This document shows positions 63,545 through 64,000 of a DNA stretch of 64,000 bases, piece by piece. The number at the start of each line of letters is the position of its first letter. Position 1 is the stretch's first letter. The translations under genes and the position numbers were made by a program. Below the pieces are notes generated by a model. The model was not told the origin of the DNA, did no database searches, and saw nothing but the letters and a program-made list of their open reading frames with translations. Source of the DNA: Macrostomum hystrix (taxonomy: Eukaryota; Animalia; Platyhelminthes); NCBI GenBank assembly GCA_950097015.1, contig CATNEN010000038.1, forward strand, positions 12,338,001-12,402,000. The letters are read 5' to 3'.

Positions 63545-64000
63545 CAGATACGAGAGCGAGATCTACATACCTATGAATGAGATCTACAGACCTCTGAAAG
63601 AGATCTACAGAGCTTTGAATGAGATCTACAGAGCTTTGAATGAGATCTACAGAGCTTTTAATGAGATCTACAGACCTCTGAAAAAGATCTACAGACCTCT
63701 CAAAGGGATATACAGACCTCTGAAAGAAATCTACAAACCTCGGAGAGATATCTACAGACCTCTGAAATAGATCTACAGAGCTTTGAATGAGATCTACAGA
63801 CCTCTGAAAAAGATCTACAGACCTCTCAAAGAGATCTACAGACCACTAAAATAAATCTACAGAGCTCTGAAAGAGATCTACAGACCTCTGAAAGAGATCT
63901 ACAGAGCTCTGAAAGAGATCTACAGAGCTCTGAAAAAGATCTACAGAGCTCTGAATGAGATCTACAGACCACTGAATGTGATCTACAGAGCTCTGAATGA
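63545..64000. repeat. 21-bp minisatellite (gagatctacagacctctgaaa)n in a GFM1 intron
   Basis: About 21 copies continuing to the window end. Confidence 0.93.

Overview
Eukaryotic (animal) genomic DNA. GC-rich exons are separated by AT-rich GT-AG introns, many filled with private minisatellites. This style suggests a free-living flatworm such as Macrostomum, but that is inference only. Genes reconstructed by hand, in order: 3' end of a GW182/TNRC6-like gene (+); complete 16-exon ABCC1/MRP-type transporter (+, ~1600 aa); two unrecognised paralogous small genes (-) with a signal-peptide-like N-terminus, acidic pro-region, RR-S site and a shared 8-Cys domain; a helicase-less IGHMBP2-like R3H/AN1 zinc-finger gene (-); long-chain acyl-CoA dehydrogenase (+) with a 3-exon rhodopsin-type GPCR nested antisense in one intron; an SLC16/MCT transporter (+) with an apparent frameshift; an intron-containing lipase of the bacterial Geobacillus/Staphylococcus type (-); and the last exon of mitochondrial EF-G1 (-). 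Three tRNA-derived SINE families, decayed retroelement traces and about 20 minisatellites are also present. The best novelty candidates are the tandem Cys-rich secreted-precursor pair (22.8-28.8 kb), the bacterial-type lipase (possible horizontal transfer) and the helicase-less IGHMBP2-like protein. All family assignments come from motif recognition; no database search was run.
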